Positions 20,813 through 29,591 are shown, counted from the first letter of the stretch. The stretch: DNA of 32,000 nt from Fastidiosibacter lacustris (GCF_003428155.1 NZ_QLIR01000011.1:1-32000), one strand, 5' to 3'. The notes: generated from the letters alone by a model not told the origin. Program-made: numbers and translations.

Positions 20813-22603
20813 ATGCCATCCATTATCACTAAAATAAATGATGTACGCACACTCATGCAACAAAAACACTATGATTATTACTTTGTGTCATCAACAGATG
20901 CGCATAACAATGAATACTTACCTACAAATTGGCAACGCCGGATGTGGATAAGTGGTTTTGATGGCAGTGCTGGAGAAGCATTAATTGGTATGAATGACGC
21001 TTATTTATGGACAGATGGTCGCTATTTTCTACAAGCCGAAGCTCAGCTTGATCCTAGTATTTTTAAATTACAAAAACAACAAGGATTAAGTTTAGAGTTT
21101 GAAGTGTGGTTAAGTGAGCATGCTAAAGGAAAAACACTGGCTGTTGATCCTACAACCGTTTCTATTAAACGCGGACAAGCTTTGGATAAAATCATGCATG
21201 AAATTGGTGGTAAATGCATTTTTGATACTAATAATATAGTTGACATCGTACGCAAGGAACTAAACGACATGCCACAACCACCATCTAGTCAAGCATTCTT
21301 ACATCCAGAACAATTTAGTGGTAAAGCAACAAAAACAAAATTAGATGAAGTTAGAGACAAAATGGCTAAGCAAGGCGTTGCCTTTGTTGTTATTAGTATG
21401 TTAGATGAAATTGCATGGCTGTTGAATATTCGTGGCAACGATATTGCCTTTAATCCTTTAATTATTAGTTATGTCATTATTGGTCAAGATATGTGCTCAT
21501 TTTTTGTTGATCAAACGAAACTAAGTACTGAGATCAAAAACAACCTTACCGAACAGGGCGTTACAATCATAGACTACAATTGCTTTTATTCGCAACTGAG
21601 TGATTATGAAGGCCGTATTTGGTTAGATCCTAATAGCGCAAACTATTCAATACTACAACACTTAAATAAAAATTGTGAGCCTTATTTTGTCCAATCCTCA
21701 ATAAGTTTGCTCAAGGCATGCAAAAATATTGTCGAAATCGATGGTGCTAAATATGCCCATAAAAAAGATGCAATCGCCGTTATTTCATTTATTTACTGGC
21801 TTGAAAATAATTGGCAAAATGGTGTTGATGAACTTTCAGCACAAGATAAGTTACTAGCATTTCGCCAACAACAAGCCAACTTCAAAGGAGCAAGTTTTGA
21901 CACCATAAGTGGTTTTGCCAGCAATGGTGCTATTATTCACTATCGCTCAAGTAAAAAAACCACCAAGGTTATTAATGAATCAAGTCTCTATTTACTTGAT
22001 TCAGGTGGTCAATACCTAGAAGGGACAACCGATATTACGCGTGTGTTTCACCTAGGTACACCAAAGTTTGAACACAAACACTATTATACACTTGTGCTAA
22101 AAGGGCACCTTGCTATTCAAAATGCACACTTTCCAAAAGGTACGAAAGGTGAGCAGTTAGATACAATTGCGCGTTTACCACTTTGGCAAGAACAATTAAA
22201 TTATGGGCATGGGACAGGTCATGGAGTAGGGAGCTTTTTATGTGTCCATGAAGGGCCTCAACGTATTTCACCTGTTAATACTAATCAAGTACTTGAAATT
22301 GGTATGATTATAAGTAATGAACCAGGTGTATACTTTCCTGGTCAGTTTGGTATTCGAATTGAAAACCTTTGTTTTGTCAAAAAAATGCGTAAACAAGCAC
22401 ATCATGAATTTGGTGAGTTTTATTGTTTTGAAGATTTAACTTTAGTGCCCTATGCACGCAATTTAATTGATATACAATTACTTTCCAATGAGGAAATCAA
22501 ACAAATCAATAGCTATCATCTACGCATTGAAAAGGAACTAATGCCGATGATCAGTGATGAAAACTTAAAAATTTGGCTTAAAGCACAAACTAAAGCTTTA
22601 TAA
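20813..22603 (+). CDS. Aminopeptidase P family (M24B) Xaa-Pro aminopeptidase, long three-domain form
   Basis: 596 aa. C-terminal pita-bread catalytic motifs DSGGQY, TDITR, HGTGHGVGSFLCVHEGP, SNEPGVY and IRIEN. The length and N-terminal domains resemble eukaryotic-type APP1 rather than the 440-aa E. coli PepP. Confidence 0.85.
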   Translation: MPSIITKINDVRTLMQQKHYDYYFVSSTDAHNNEYLPTNWQRRMWISGFDGSAGEALIGMNDAYLWTDGRYFLQAEAQLDPSIFKLQKQQGLSLEFEVWLSEHAKGKTLAVDPTTVSIKRGQALDKIMHEIGGKCIFDTNNIVDIVRKELNDMPQPPSSQAFLHPEQFSGKATKTKLDEVRDKMAKQGVAFVVISMLDEIAWLLNIRGNDIAFNPLIISYVIIGQDMCSFFVDQTKLSTEIKNNLTEQGVTIIDYNCFYSQLSDYEGRIWLDPNSANYSILQHLNKNCEPYFVQSSISLLKACKNIVEIDGAKYAHKKDAIAVISFIYWLENNWQNGVDELSAQDKLLAFRQQQANFKGASFDTISGFASNGAIIHYRSSKKTTKVINESSLYLLDSGGQYLEGTTDITRVFHLGTPKFEHKHYYTLVLKGHLAIQNAHFPKGTKGEQLDTIARLPLWQEQLNYGHGTGHGVGSFLCVHEGPQRISPVNTNQVLEIGMIISNEPGVYFPGQFGIRIENLCFVKKMRKQAHHEFGEFYCFEDLTLVPYARNLIDIQLLSNEEIKQINSYHLRIEKELMPMISDENLKIWLKAQTKAL

Positions 22604-22616
22604 GCTATTAAAAAGA

Positions 22617-25600
22617 TTATTCTAAAGGATGACTCTTATTGATTTGAGCAATGATTTTTTCTTCCTCTTTCCAGCGAGCGATAAGCGCACGACGATCTTT
22701 AGCAAGGTAGCTATACACAACAGGTACAACGAATAACGTAAACATGGTACCAATTGTCATACCTGAGGCAATCACAATACCGATAGATTGTCGGCTAACG
22801 GCACCAGCACCAGTTGCAATAACAAGCGGAACGACACCAACAACCATTGCAGCAGTGGTCATCAAAATGGGGCGTAAACGAAGTGCAGCTGATTTTAAAA
22901 TAGCTTCAACTTTATTGTAACCTTCTTCTTGTAATTTATTGGCAAATTCCACAAGTAGAATGCCATGTTTACTAATAAGTCCAATGAGTGTAATTAGACC
23001 GACTTGGGTGTATATATTAATTGAAGCATAGCCTAAATTAAAGATCTGACCTAAATATAACGGAATAAGGGCGCCACAGATTGACATTGGTACGCTAATG
23101 AGAATAATGAAAGGGTCTCTAAAGCTTTCAAACTGTGCAGCAAGCATTAAGAAGATAACGATTAATGCAAATAGGAAAGCAATCGCCATTTGGTTCGTAT
23201 TTCCCAGATATTGCCTAACAGAACCTGCATAGTCATGAGTATAACCTTGTGGTAATTCATTTTTTGCTAGGTTTTGCATATATTCAATTGCTTGCCCTTG
23301 ACTAATACCGGGTGTAGTAACTGCATTAATTGTTGCAGAGTTTAACTGTTGAAAACGATTTAAGCTGAGTGGCATACTTTGAGTTTCAAAGGTGACAATA
23401 GATGACAGTGGGATTAACTTACCACTTGCTGTGGCAATACGGATTTGCCCGAGTTGTTCTTTTGTGAGTTTCATGTCATTTGCAAGTTCTGGAATGACTT
23501 GATAACTATAGCCAAGCATACTGAAGTAGTTAACATAGCCACCAGAATAAGCATAACCTAATGCCTGGGCAATTTTCTGCATGCTAATGCCAAGGGAGGC
23601 GGCTTTTTCTCGATCAATGTTGATGACCATTTGCGGATTATCAAATTGAAGGTCGCTTTGAGCAAAAACAAATAAGCCACTTGTCATCATTTTCTTTATG
23701 ATATTATTCGCAATATCATAAATACTAGGGTAGCTATTAATAGATTGAATGACAAACTGCATAGGTGGTCCAAAAGAAACTCCAGGTAAAGATGGCATTT
23801 CAAATGTATAAATTTGCGAGCCAGCGACATTATTGGTAAGGTTTTGTAAAATTGATTTAAGCTCCATTTGTGTTTCTTTGCGCTCATTCCAAGGTTTAAG
23901 TACGACGCCACCAAAACTACTATTGCTTTGTGGGTAGCCATTAACGACAAAGGTTGATTGTACACCCGTTAGGCTTTGCATATCTTTATAAAGTGCAGGT
24001 GAAAATGTATCTAAATAATGAATGTTAGCAGGTGAGGGAGCAGTACCTTGAATACCAATAAAGGCTTGATCTTCTGTAGGTGCAAGCTCAGATTTTGTGC
24101 CTGAAAATAAGAAGTAACAGCTAATAACCACAACGGCACCAAATAAGATAATAACGATACGCACACTCATCACCGTACGTAAAGCCTTTTCATAAGCATT
24201 TTTAAGTTTCTCAAAAGTGGAATCAATGAATTTAACTGTTTTTGTTTCGGTGATTGATTTTGACAATACTTTTGAACAAAGCATAGGTGAAAAGGTGTAA
24301 GCAACGATTCCTGAGATCACTACAGCACCTGCAAGTGAATAAGCAAATTCAGTAAATAATATACCCGTTAAGCCGCCCATCATCCCGATTGGTAAATATA
24401 CAGCAACGAGTGTTAAAGTCATCAAAATAACCGGATTAGCGATTTCTCTGGCTCCTTGAATTGCGGCTTCAAAAGGAGTTGCACCTTCTTCAATATGACG
24501 ATAAATGTTCTCAAGTACTACAATTGCGTCATCGACTACAAGACCAATTGCAAGTACCATTGATAGTAGTGTTAAAAGATTAATAGAAAAGCCCATTAAG
24601 AACATAAAGAGAAATGCGCCAATCATTGATAGCGGAATTGCAGCAACAGGGATAATTACTGAGCGAATGGAGCCAATAAATAGAAATAACACAATCGTCA
24701 CAATAACAATTGCTTCAATAAGGGTTTTAACAACGTCATGAATGGATGCTTTAATATAGGTTGTATTATCATAAACGATATTCATGTTAAGACCAGCTGG
24801 TAAGCTTGTCTCAATTGTTGATAAGTTTTTCATGATATTATCGACAACTGTTAATACGTTAGCATCTGATGCAGTCACAACGCCTGCAAAGACCCCGTAT
24901 TTGCCATTGAAGCTAACATTGGAGGTATAAGTTTGTGCGCCAAGCTCTACATTTGCAACGTTACCTATACGTACCAAATTACCATTTTCGTTTTTGACAA
25001 CGAGTTGCTCGTATGCTTGGGCTGAATCTAAGTTAGTCGTTGGATTAAGTGTGAAATTAAAGTAAGGTCCTTTAATTTGCCCGCCTGCAGCGATTAAGCT
25101 ATTGACCTGCAAAGCATTAGCAATATCATCAGGTGTCACATTAAAACGTGCCATATTGTCATAGTTTAACCAAATGCGCATCGCATAGTTTTTCTCGCCC
25201 CAGATAATCACATTTGAAATGCCACCTAACGACTGTAATTTAGGTGTAAGTTGATTTTTTATATAAGCAGTAATTTCTTGTTCATTTAAGGCATTACTGG
25301 TAAAGCTTAAAATAAGGGAAGGAAAAGAGTTCCCAGATTGCATTTCAATAGAGGGTGATTGCGCGCCTTGTGGCATTTGGTTTTGTACTGCATTAACTTT
25401 TTGTACGACCTGACTTAAGACGTTGTTTGGATCAGACCCAAGTTTAACATTAATCGTAAGGGTGCTTAAGCCCAACGTGCTTGTTGAAGTCATATAATCA
25501 ATGCCATCAGCACTTCCAACTGACTGTTCAAGTGGAGTGGTAATAAAGCCTTGGATAATGGAAGGGTTAGCTCCAGGATAAGCAGTTGTTACAATAATAG

Positions 25601-25730
25601 TCGCATTGTTCATGTAGGGGTATTGGCGAACTTGTAAAGTCAATGCTGTACCAATACCTGCAGCTAAAATGAGTAAGCTTATGACCGTAGATAGAACAGG
25701 CCGCTTTATAAAAATATCAATAAAATGCAT
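22617..25730 (-). CDS. RND efflux transporter permease subunit (AcrB/Mdt-like)
   Basis: 1037 aa. It has the typical AcrB-family N-terminus (FIKRPVLSTVISLLI), two large periplasmic loops, 12 TM helices and a VVDDAIVVLENI motif. Confidence 0.9.
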   Translation of the reverse strand: MHFIDIFIKRPVLSTVISLLILAAGIGTALTLQVRQYPYMNNATIIVTTAYPGANPSIIQGFITTPLEQSVGSADGIDYMTSTSTLGLSTLTINVKLGSDPNNVLSQVVQKVNAVQNQMPQGAQSPSIEMQSGNSFPSLILSFTSNALNEQEITAYIKNQLTPKLQSLGGISNVIIWGEKNYAMRIWLNYDNMARFNVTPDDIANALQVNSLIAAGGQIKGPYFNFTLNPTTNLDSAQAYEQLVVKNENGNLVRIGNVANVELGAQTYTSNVSFNGKYGVFAGVVTASDANVLTVVDNIMKNLSTIETSLPAGLNMNIVYDNTTYIKASIHDVVKTLIEAIVIVTIVLFLFIGSIRSVIIPVAAIPLSMIGAFLFMFLMGFSINLLTLLSMVLAIGLVVDDAIVVLENIYRHIEEGATPFEAAIQGAREIANPVILMTLTLVAVYLPIGMMGGLTGILFTEFAYSLAGAVVISGIVAYTFSPMLCSKVLSKSITETKTVKFIDSTFEKLKNAYEKALRTVMSVRIVIILFGAVVVISCYFLFSGTKSELAPTEDQAFIGIQGTAPSPANIHYLDTFSPALYKDMQSLTGVQSTFVVNGYPQSNSSFGGVVLKPWNERKETQMELKSILQNLTNNVAGSQIYTFEMPSLPGVSFGPPMQFVIQSINSYPSIYDIANNIIKKMMTSGLFVFAQSDLQFDNPQMVINIDREKAASLGISMQKIAQALGYAYSGGYVNYFSMLGYSYQVIPELANDMKLTKEQLGQIRIATASGKLIPLSSIVTFETQSMPLSLNRFQQLNSATINAVTTPGISQGQAIEYMQNLAKNELPQGYTHDYAGSVRQYLGNTNQMAIAFLFALIVIFLMLAAQFESFRDPFIILISVPMSICGALIPLYLGQIFNLGYASINIYTQVGLITLIGLISKHGILLVEFANKLQEEGYNKVEAILKSAALRLRPILMTTAAMVVGVVPLVIATGAGAVSRQSIGIVIASGMTIGTMFTLFVVPVVYSYLAKDRRALIARWKEEEKIIAQINKSHPLE

Positions 25731-25742
25731 ATGCCTTTTTTC

Positions 25743-26948
25743 CTATGGATTGTTTTTAAAGTTATAGTCATTGTTGATGATGGCACTGCTACCGTTTTGT
25801 AATTTATTTTGACCAGAAGTTGCAACAATTTCATTTGCTTTTATGCCTTCTACAATAACTTCATTATTATTAGTCATAGTTGTTTTTACCGGAATTTGTT
25901 TGGCAGTGTATTGCTGTTTACCTGTTGAAATAATTTGAGCTTGACCGTCTTTAAATGCACTATATTCAGCTATAACAGGCTTACCATCTTTGTAATCAGA
26001 TACAAGTACAAATACAGTTTCACCATAAAGGGCGTAGCTTACCGCGTTACGTGGAATGATAATAGTGTTATCAATTGGAGGCAAAATAACGCTAACGTCT
26101 AAGAACATACCAGGGTAAATCAAATATTGTTGATCTTTATTATCATAGGTGGCTTGGACATTGATTGCGCGATTATCACTAGTAATTTCTGAGTTAAGCG
26201 CTGTAATTTTTGCTTTAAATACTTTCCTTGGATAGGTATCGCTACTAAATTCGATTTCACCATCGACGTGTAAGTTGCTTAAGTAATTTTGAGTAACGGT
26301 AAAGTTAATGTAGATAGGTGAAATTTCGGTGAGTGTTGCAGCATTATTACCAGCACTGAAATATTGACCAAGACTGATTTGACGAAGACCAATTTTACCA
26401 TCAAATGGGGCTTTAACAATGTGATAACCAATATTAGCTTGAATGGAGGCAACGTTTGCAAGATTTGCTTCATATTTTGCTTTAGACTCATCTGCTGTTT
26501 GTTGTGAAATAGCTTGTTGTTTAACAAGATCCAGGTCGCGCTCATAAGTAATTCTAGCAAGTTCCAGATCAGCTTGAGCTTGTTTTAATTGTGCTTGTAA
26601 TTGTTGTGTATCCAACGTGAAAAGTACTTGTCCTTTTTTGACCATTTGTCCTGCTTCAAACGAAATAGAGGAAACTAAGCCTGAAGCTTGTGCAGTAACG
26701 TTAACATTTTGGATAGCTACGGCTTCGCCTATGGTTTTAACCGTTGGATACCAAGTTTGTGCTTTTGCTTGAGTGGCGGTCACTTCAGGTGGTTGCATTT
26801 TCCAAGTTGCCATTGCAGCTGCTTTTTTGCCGTTGACAAAGGCTGCAAAACCAAATATACCACCAAATACTACAACGAGTATGGCAATAACGATAATAAA
26901 AGCCGTAATGAACTTCTTTTTTGAAGCCTGTTGAACATGCTCAACCAT
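25743..26948 (-). CDS. RND efflux periplasmic adaptor (membrane fusion protein)
   Basis: 401 aa with an N-terminal TM anchor, a coiled-coil hairpin (LQAQLKQAQADLELARITYERD), and lipoyl/beta-barrel segments. It lies 12 nt upstream of the RND permease. Confidence 0.85.
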   Translation of the reverse strand: MVEHVQQASKKKFITAFIIVIAILVVVFGGIFGFAAFVNGKKAAAMATWKMQPPEVTATQAKAQTWYPTVKTIGEAVAIQNVNVTAQASGLVSSISFEAGQMVKKGQVLFTLDTQQLQAQLKQAQADLELARITYERDLDLVKQQAISQQTADESKAKYEANLANVASIQANIGYHIVKAPFDGKIGLRQISLGQYFSAGNNAATLTEISPIYINFTVTQNYLSNLHVDGEIEFSSDTYPRKVFKAKITALNSEITSDNRAINVQATYDNKDQQYLIYPGMFLDVSVILPPIDNTIIIPRNAVSYALYGETVFVLVSDYKDGKPVIAEYSAFKDGQAQIISTGKQQYTAKQIPVKTTMTNNNEVIVEGIKANEIVATSGQNKLQNGSSAIINNDYNFKNNP

Positions 26949-26951
26949 GAT

Positions 26952-27473
26952 TTATCCTTTTTTAGTGTTTTTAAGATGATGTGTAGAGTTATAAAACAAA
27001 AATTGCCAAAAATGTAGCGCAGAAAATATGATAAAGATCATAAAGCTATACGCTGCCATGCTTAAACCAAATAGTTGCCAGTCAATTTGCGAGCAATCTG
27101 GTCCACTGGTAAATAAAGCTTTTACAAAGTTCAAAAGCGGTAGGTTTTGGAATAAGCTATCAACACCGGCTTCACAGCTTCCAATATATTTGCTAGGATG
27201 CCATTGCATCCAAACTTGTTTAAGGGCAATAAGTGCACCAAGTAGCGAAATAATTCCAATTATAAAACTATAAATACGCACACCAGTGGTTTGTGGTCGA
27301 TGCAGTAGTGCAATCAATGAAACAACGGTGAGCAGCAAAATTGCAAATTGTTGTAGTAAACACATTGGACAGGGTTTTAAGCCTGTGAATTCAAAGTATA
27401 TAATGCCAAAGATGACTAATAAGCCTGTCATAAAGCTTTTAAAATAAAAATGGGGACTTCTAAATCCGTGCAT
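26952..27473 (-). CDS. dsbB: Disulfide bond formation protein B
   Basis: 173 aa with four TM helices. LKPCPMCLLQQ (CxxC in loop 1) and a second Cys pair (GSCEAG ... SGPDCSQIDWQLFGLSM) are collinear with E. coli DsbB. AAGGAAG lies upstream of the ATG. Its stop is 3 nt from the MFP start. Confidence 0.85.
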   Translation of the reverse strand: MHGFRSPHFYFKSFMTGLLVIFGIIYFEFTGLKPCPMCLLQQFAILLLTVVSLIALLHRPQTTGVRIYSFIIGIISLLGALIALKQVWMQWHPSKYIGSCEAGVDSLFQNLPLLNFVKALFTSGPDCSQIDWQLFGLSMAAYSFMIFIIFSALHFWQFLFYNSTHHLKNTKKG

Positions 27474-27695
27474 GACGCTTCCTTAGTTTGCCATTGCTTT
27501 GTAAAAAAAGCGTAATTATAGACAAAAAAGTCATGAAGTCATTAGCTAAGCTAGTAGGATGTAAATAAGAATGAATGTAAAAAGTACCCTGTTGCGTCAT
27601 TTCTAGCTTTACCTTAATATAAACGTAGAACGGTCGTTCATTCTAATGAGTGTTTGCAGAAAAATAAATAAAATCATTTTCTTCCTTATCGATTG

Positions 27696-28406
27696 TTATA
27701 AATGCGTTAAAATATTTTTGCGTAAAAAAGACTCGCATAATGCACGACCTGCTATGACAAAATCATCATTAAACGTAAGTAATAAGTTATCCGCAGTAAT
27801 TTTAAGTGCGGTATCAATATTAAATCCAGACTCAAAAACCTCAACTAGGCGAGCACTTAGTAAATTTACTTCCATAAAACAAACTTTAAAATCATAATTA
27901 CGGTAAACAATTAAAAATGTAGGGTTTAGAGGTGGATTAAGTGGTAAATAATTTCTGCATATTTGATGGACAGGGAATTGGTAAATTAAAACACGAGTAC
28001 TAGTGTTACGAATAAGTGTATCTTTATTATCAATAATTTCTTTAGGTTGGTAATCGGGTGAAATTTCGACCTCAAGTTCAATCCACTCATAGTGCATAAG
28101 TTCGACTAGAAATGGAAAACTGAGTTTAGGTAGTCCATTTAGGTAGTCAACAAATTGTTTAGGGATATGGTAAAAATAAGGGCTCGTTGCACTGTGGTCT
28201 TTAATGAAACCTTTAACTAATTTATGCCATTGAGAAGAAGTTAAAATAGAAAAACTAACAGGAAAGGCGCGCTTAAGTATACTATTGATATTGTTGTATA
28301 TAAGTTCTTGATAAATTTGCATACGATTATCATGAACATTGACAATTGATTTTAAGGTGGATTGATTACGGATATTATGAGCAAAGTCAGACATCGTATC
28401 AAACAT
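27696..28406 (-). CDS. DUF2063-family RiPP partner protein (HvfC/BufC/MbnC-like, putative RRE-containing)
   Basis: 236 aa. N-terminal F..IRN...RMQIYQELIYNNINSILKRAFPV....W..L...F matches my memory of the DUF2063 signature. Its ATG overlaps the stop of the upstream DUF692 gene (TAATG), the canonical DUF692-DUF2063 pairing. Confidence 0.75.
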   Translation of the reverse strand: MFDTMSDFAHNIRNQSTLKSIVNVHDNRMQIYQELIYNNINSILKRAFPVSFSILTSSQWHKLVKGFIKDHSATSPYFYHIPKQFVDYLNGLPKLSFPFLVELMHYEWIELEVEISPDYQPKEIIDNKDTLIRNTSTRVLIYQFPVHQICRNYLPLNPPLNPTFLIVYRNYDFKVCFMEVNLLSARLVEVFESGFNIDTALKITADNLLLTFNDDFVIAGRALCESFLRKNILTHL

Positions 28407-29248
28407 TATTCAAATACCTTTGATTCACATCTGTTATGAATAGACTTAATCGTACTAAGTTCTTGTTGCAACGATAATAAGTTTGGAATATTAAAATCAC
28501 GCTCAAGAAGTGTTGGGAAAAAGCCATGTGTTTGATAAGTGTACTGTAGTAGCTGCCACACAGAGCTATTTACATCTTCACCATGCGTATCGATAATTAA
28601 ACTGTCTGTTTTTTGACAGTGACCAGCAATATGAATATAACAAATTTTATTGGTTGGTAGTTGGTCAATAAACGTATAAGGGTTATAGCCATGATTAATG
28701 CTATTGACATAAACATTGTTGACGTCTAAGAGTAGCTGACATCCAGATTCTTGAATAACGATATTTAAGAAATCAATTTCTTTAATGACTTGAATAGGAG
28801 CAGCATAATATGAGATATTCTCTAATACAAGAGGTTGTTCGATTATATCTTGGACTTGTTTAATTTTCATAACAACGTGTTTGATTGTCTTGTCATGAAA
28901 AGGCAAAGGTAATAAGTCATATAGATAGCCTTGTGCATCGCTACAGAAGCTTAGATGCTCACTATATATCAAAATATTATATTCACGCATAAAGGCTTTA
29001 ATTGACTTAATAAATTTGATATTAAGTGGTGCAATACTACCAATAGAAAGATTAAGCCCATGCAATACAATAGGAAGCTTTTGCAGGTATTGGTTAAGTA
29101 AATGTTTACGCTTACCACCCATTCCAAGCCAGTTTTCAGGCGCAATTTCAATAAAATCAACAATATCGGTTTGTGCTAAAAGTGTGTTAAAAAACTCTTG
29201 CCTTAGTCCCAAGCCAATTGCTTTATGATGGATAGTAAGATTAGTCAT
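28406..29248 (-). CDS. DUF692 / MNIO (multinuclear non-heme iron oxidase) RiPP maturase, MbnB/HvfB/BufB-like
   Basis: 280 aa with a TIM-barrel-type DUF692 signature throughout: GLGLR, FIEIAPEN, PIVLHGLNLSIGS, IYSEHLSF, YLYDLLPLPF, VLENISYY, LLLDVNNVYVNSINHG, IHIAGH, IIDTHGEDV, PTLLERDFNIP. The His/Glu/Asp/Asn positions that ligate iron in MbnB-type enzymes all appear to be present. Confidence 0.85.
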   Translation of the reverse strand: MTNLTIHHKAIGLGLRQEFFNTLLAQTDIVDFIEIAPENWLGMGGKRKHLLNQYLQKLPIVLHGLNLSIGSIAPLNIKFIKSIKAFMREYNILIYSEHLSFCSDAQGYLYDLLPLPFHDKTIKHVVMKIKQVQDIIEQPLVLENISYYAAPIQVIKEIDFLNIVIQESGCQLLLDVNNVYVNSINHGYNPYTFIDQLPTNKICYIHIAGHCQKTDSLIIDTHGEDVNSSVWQLLQYTYQTHGFFPTLLERDFNIPNLLSLQQELSTIKSIHNRCESKVFE

Positions 29249-29280
29249 TGTGTATATTTGTTCAACTCAGGTATGCGTTA

Positions 29281-29577
29281 TTACATAGTTGAATCACTGT
29301 CACATGAGCCACTTTCACAATTTGCATCAGAGGTGTTATCAGATGAGTACATGCCACTACATTGACCTTCACCACACTTACCTGCCCCGCATTTTGCATC
29401 TTCAAGTTTAATATTATCGGCATTAGGGTTTTGATCGGCTTGCATACTGTTAGTTTGGGCATTGGCATAACCTGAATTCATGTCATTACTTTGGAAATTG
29501 GTATTGTTTGCAAAAGTGCTACTAGACATACCAAAAGCTAAAGCGGCTGTGATAAGGGCAGATTTTTTGGTGTTCAT
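29281..29577 (-). CDS. Secreted Cys/Gly-rich RiPP precursor peptide (HvfA/oxazolin-like metallophore precursor)
   Basis: 98 aa. Sec-type signal peptide MNTKKSALITAALAFGMSSSTFA|NN, an N/Q/S/D-rich linker, then the core AKCGAGKCGEGQCSGMYSSDNTSDANCESGSCDSDSTM with 5 Cys. A strong SD (AAGGAG) lies 8 nt upstream. It is the first gene of the operon, 32 nt upstream of the MNIO gene. Confidence 0.75.
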   Translation of the reverse strand: MNTKKSALITAALAFGMSSSTFANNTNFQSNDMNSGYANAQTNSMQADQNPNADNIKLEDAKCGAGKCGEGQCSGMYSSDNTSDANCESGSCDSDSTM

Positions 29578-29585
29578 TTATTTAT

Positions 29586-29591
29586 CTCCTT
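29586..29591 (-). promoter_or_regulatory. Shine-Dalgarno site of the precursor peptide gene
   Basis: Plus-strand ctcctt is AAGGAG on the minus strand, 8 nt upstream of ATG 29577. It is among the best SD matches I noticed in the window. Confidence 0.6.

Noticed and set aside
23696-26924. ORFs within or antisense to the RND and MFP genes (23696-23965, 24505-24741, 26279-26560, 26688-26924)
   Set aside because: These are alternative frames of long, confidently identified genes. I treat them as spurious.
27460-27600. 46-codon minus-strand ORF (MTQQGTFYIHSYLHPTSLANDFMTFLSIITLFLQ...) in the DUF2063-dsbB spacer, overlapping the dsbB start
   Set aside because: It has only a marginal SD (AAGG, 11-nt spacing) and no family resemblance. 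It overlaps the dsbB start out of frame. It is not supportable without conservation or Ribo-seq data.
27646-27897. 83-aa plus-strand ORF overlapping the 3' end of the DUF2063 gene
   Set aside because: It is antisense to a supported CDS and has no SD or recognisable motifs.
29262-29468. 68-aa alternative-frame ORF overlapping the precursor peptide gene
   Set aside because: It is on the same strand but out of frame, has no SD and lacks a signal peptide. The 29281-29577 frame has the strong SD, the signal peptide and the Cys motifs.
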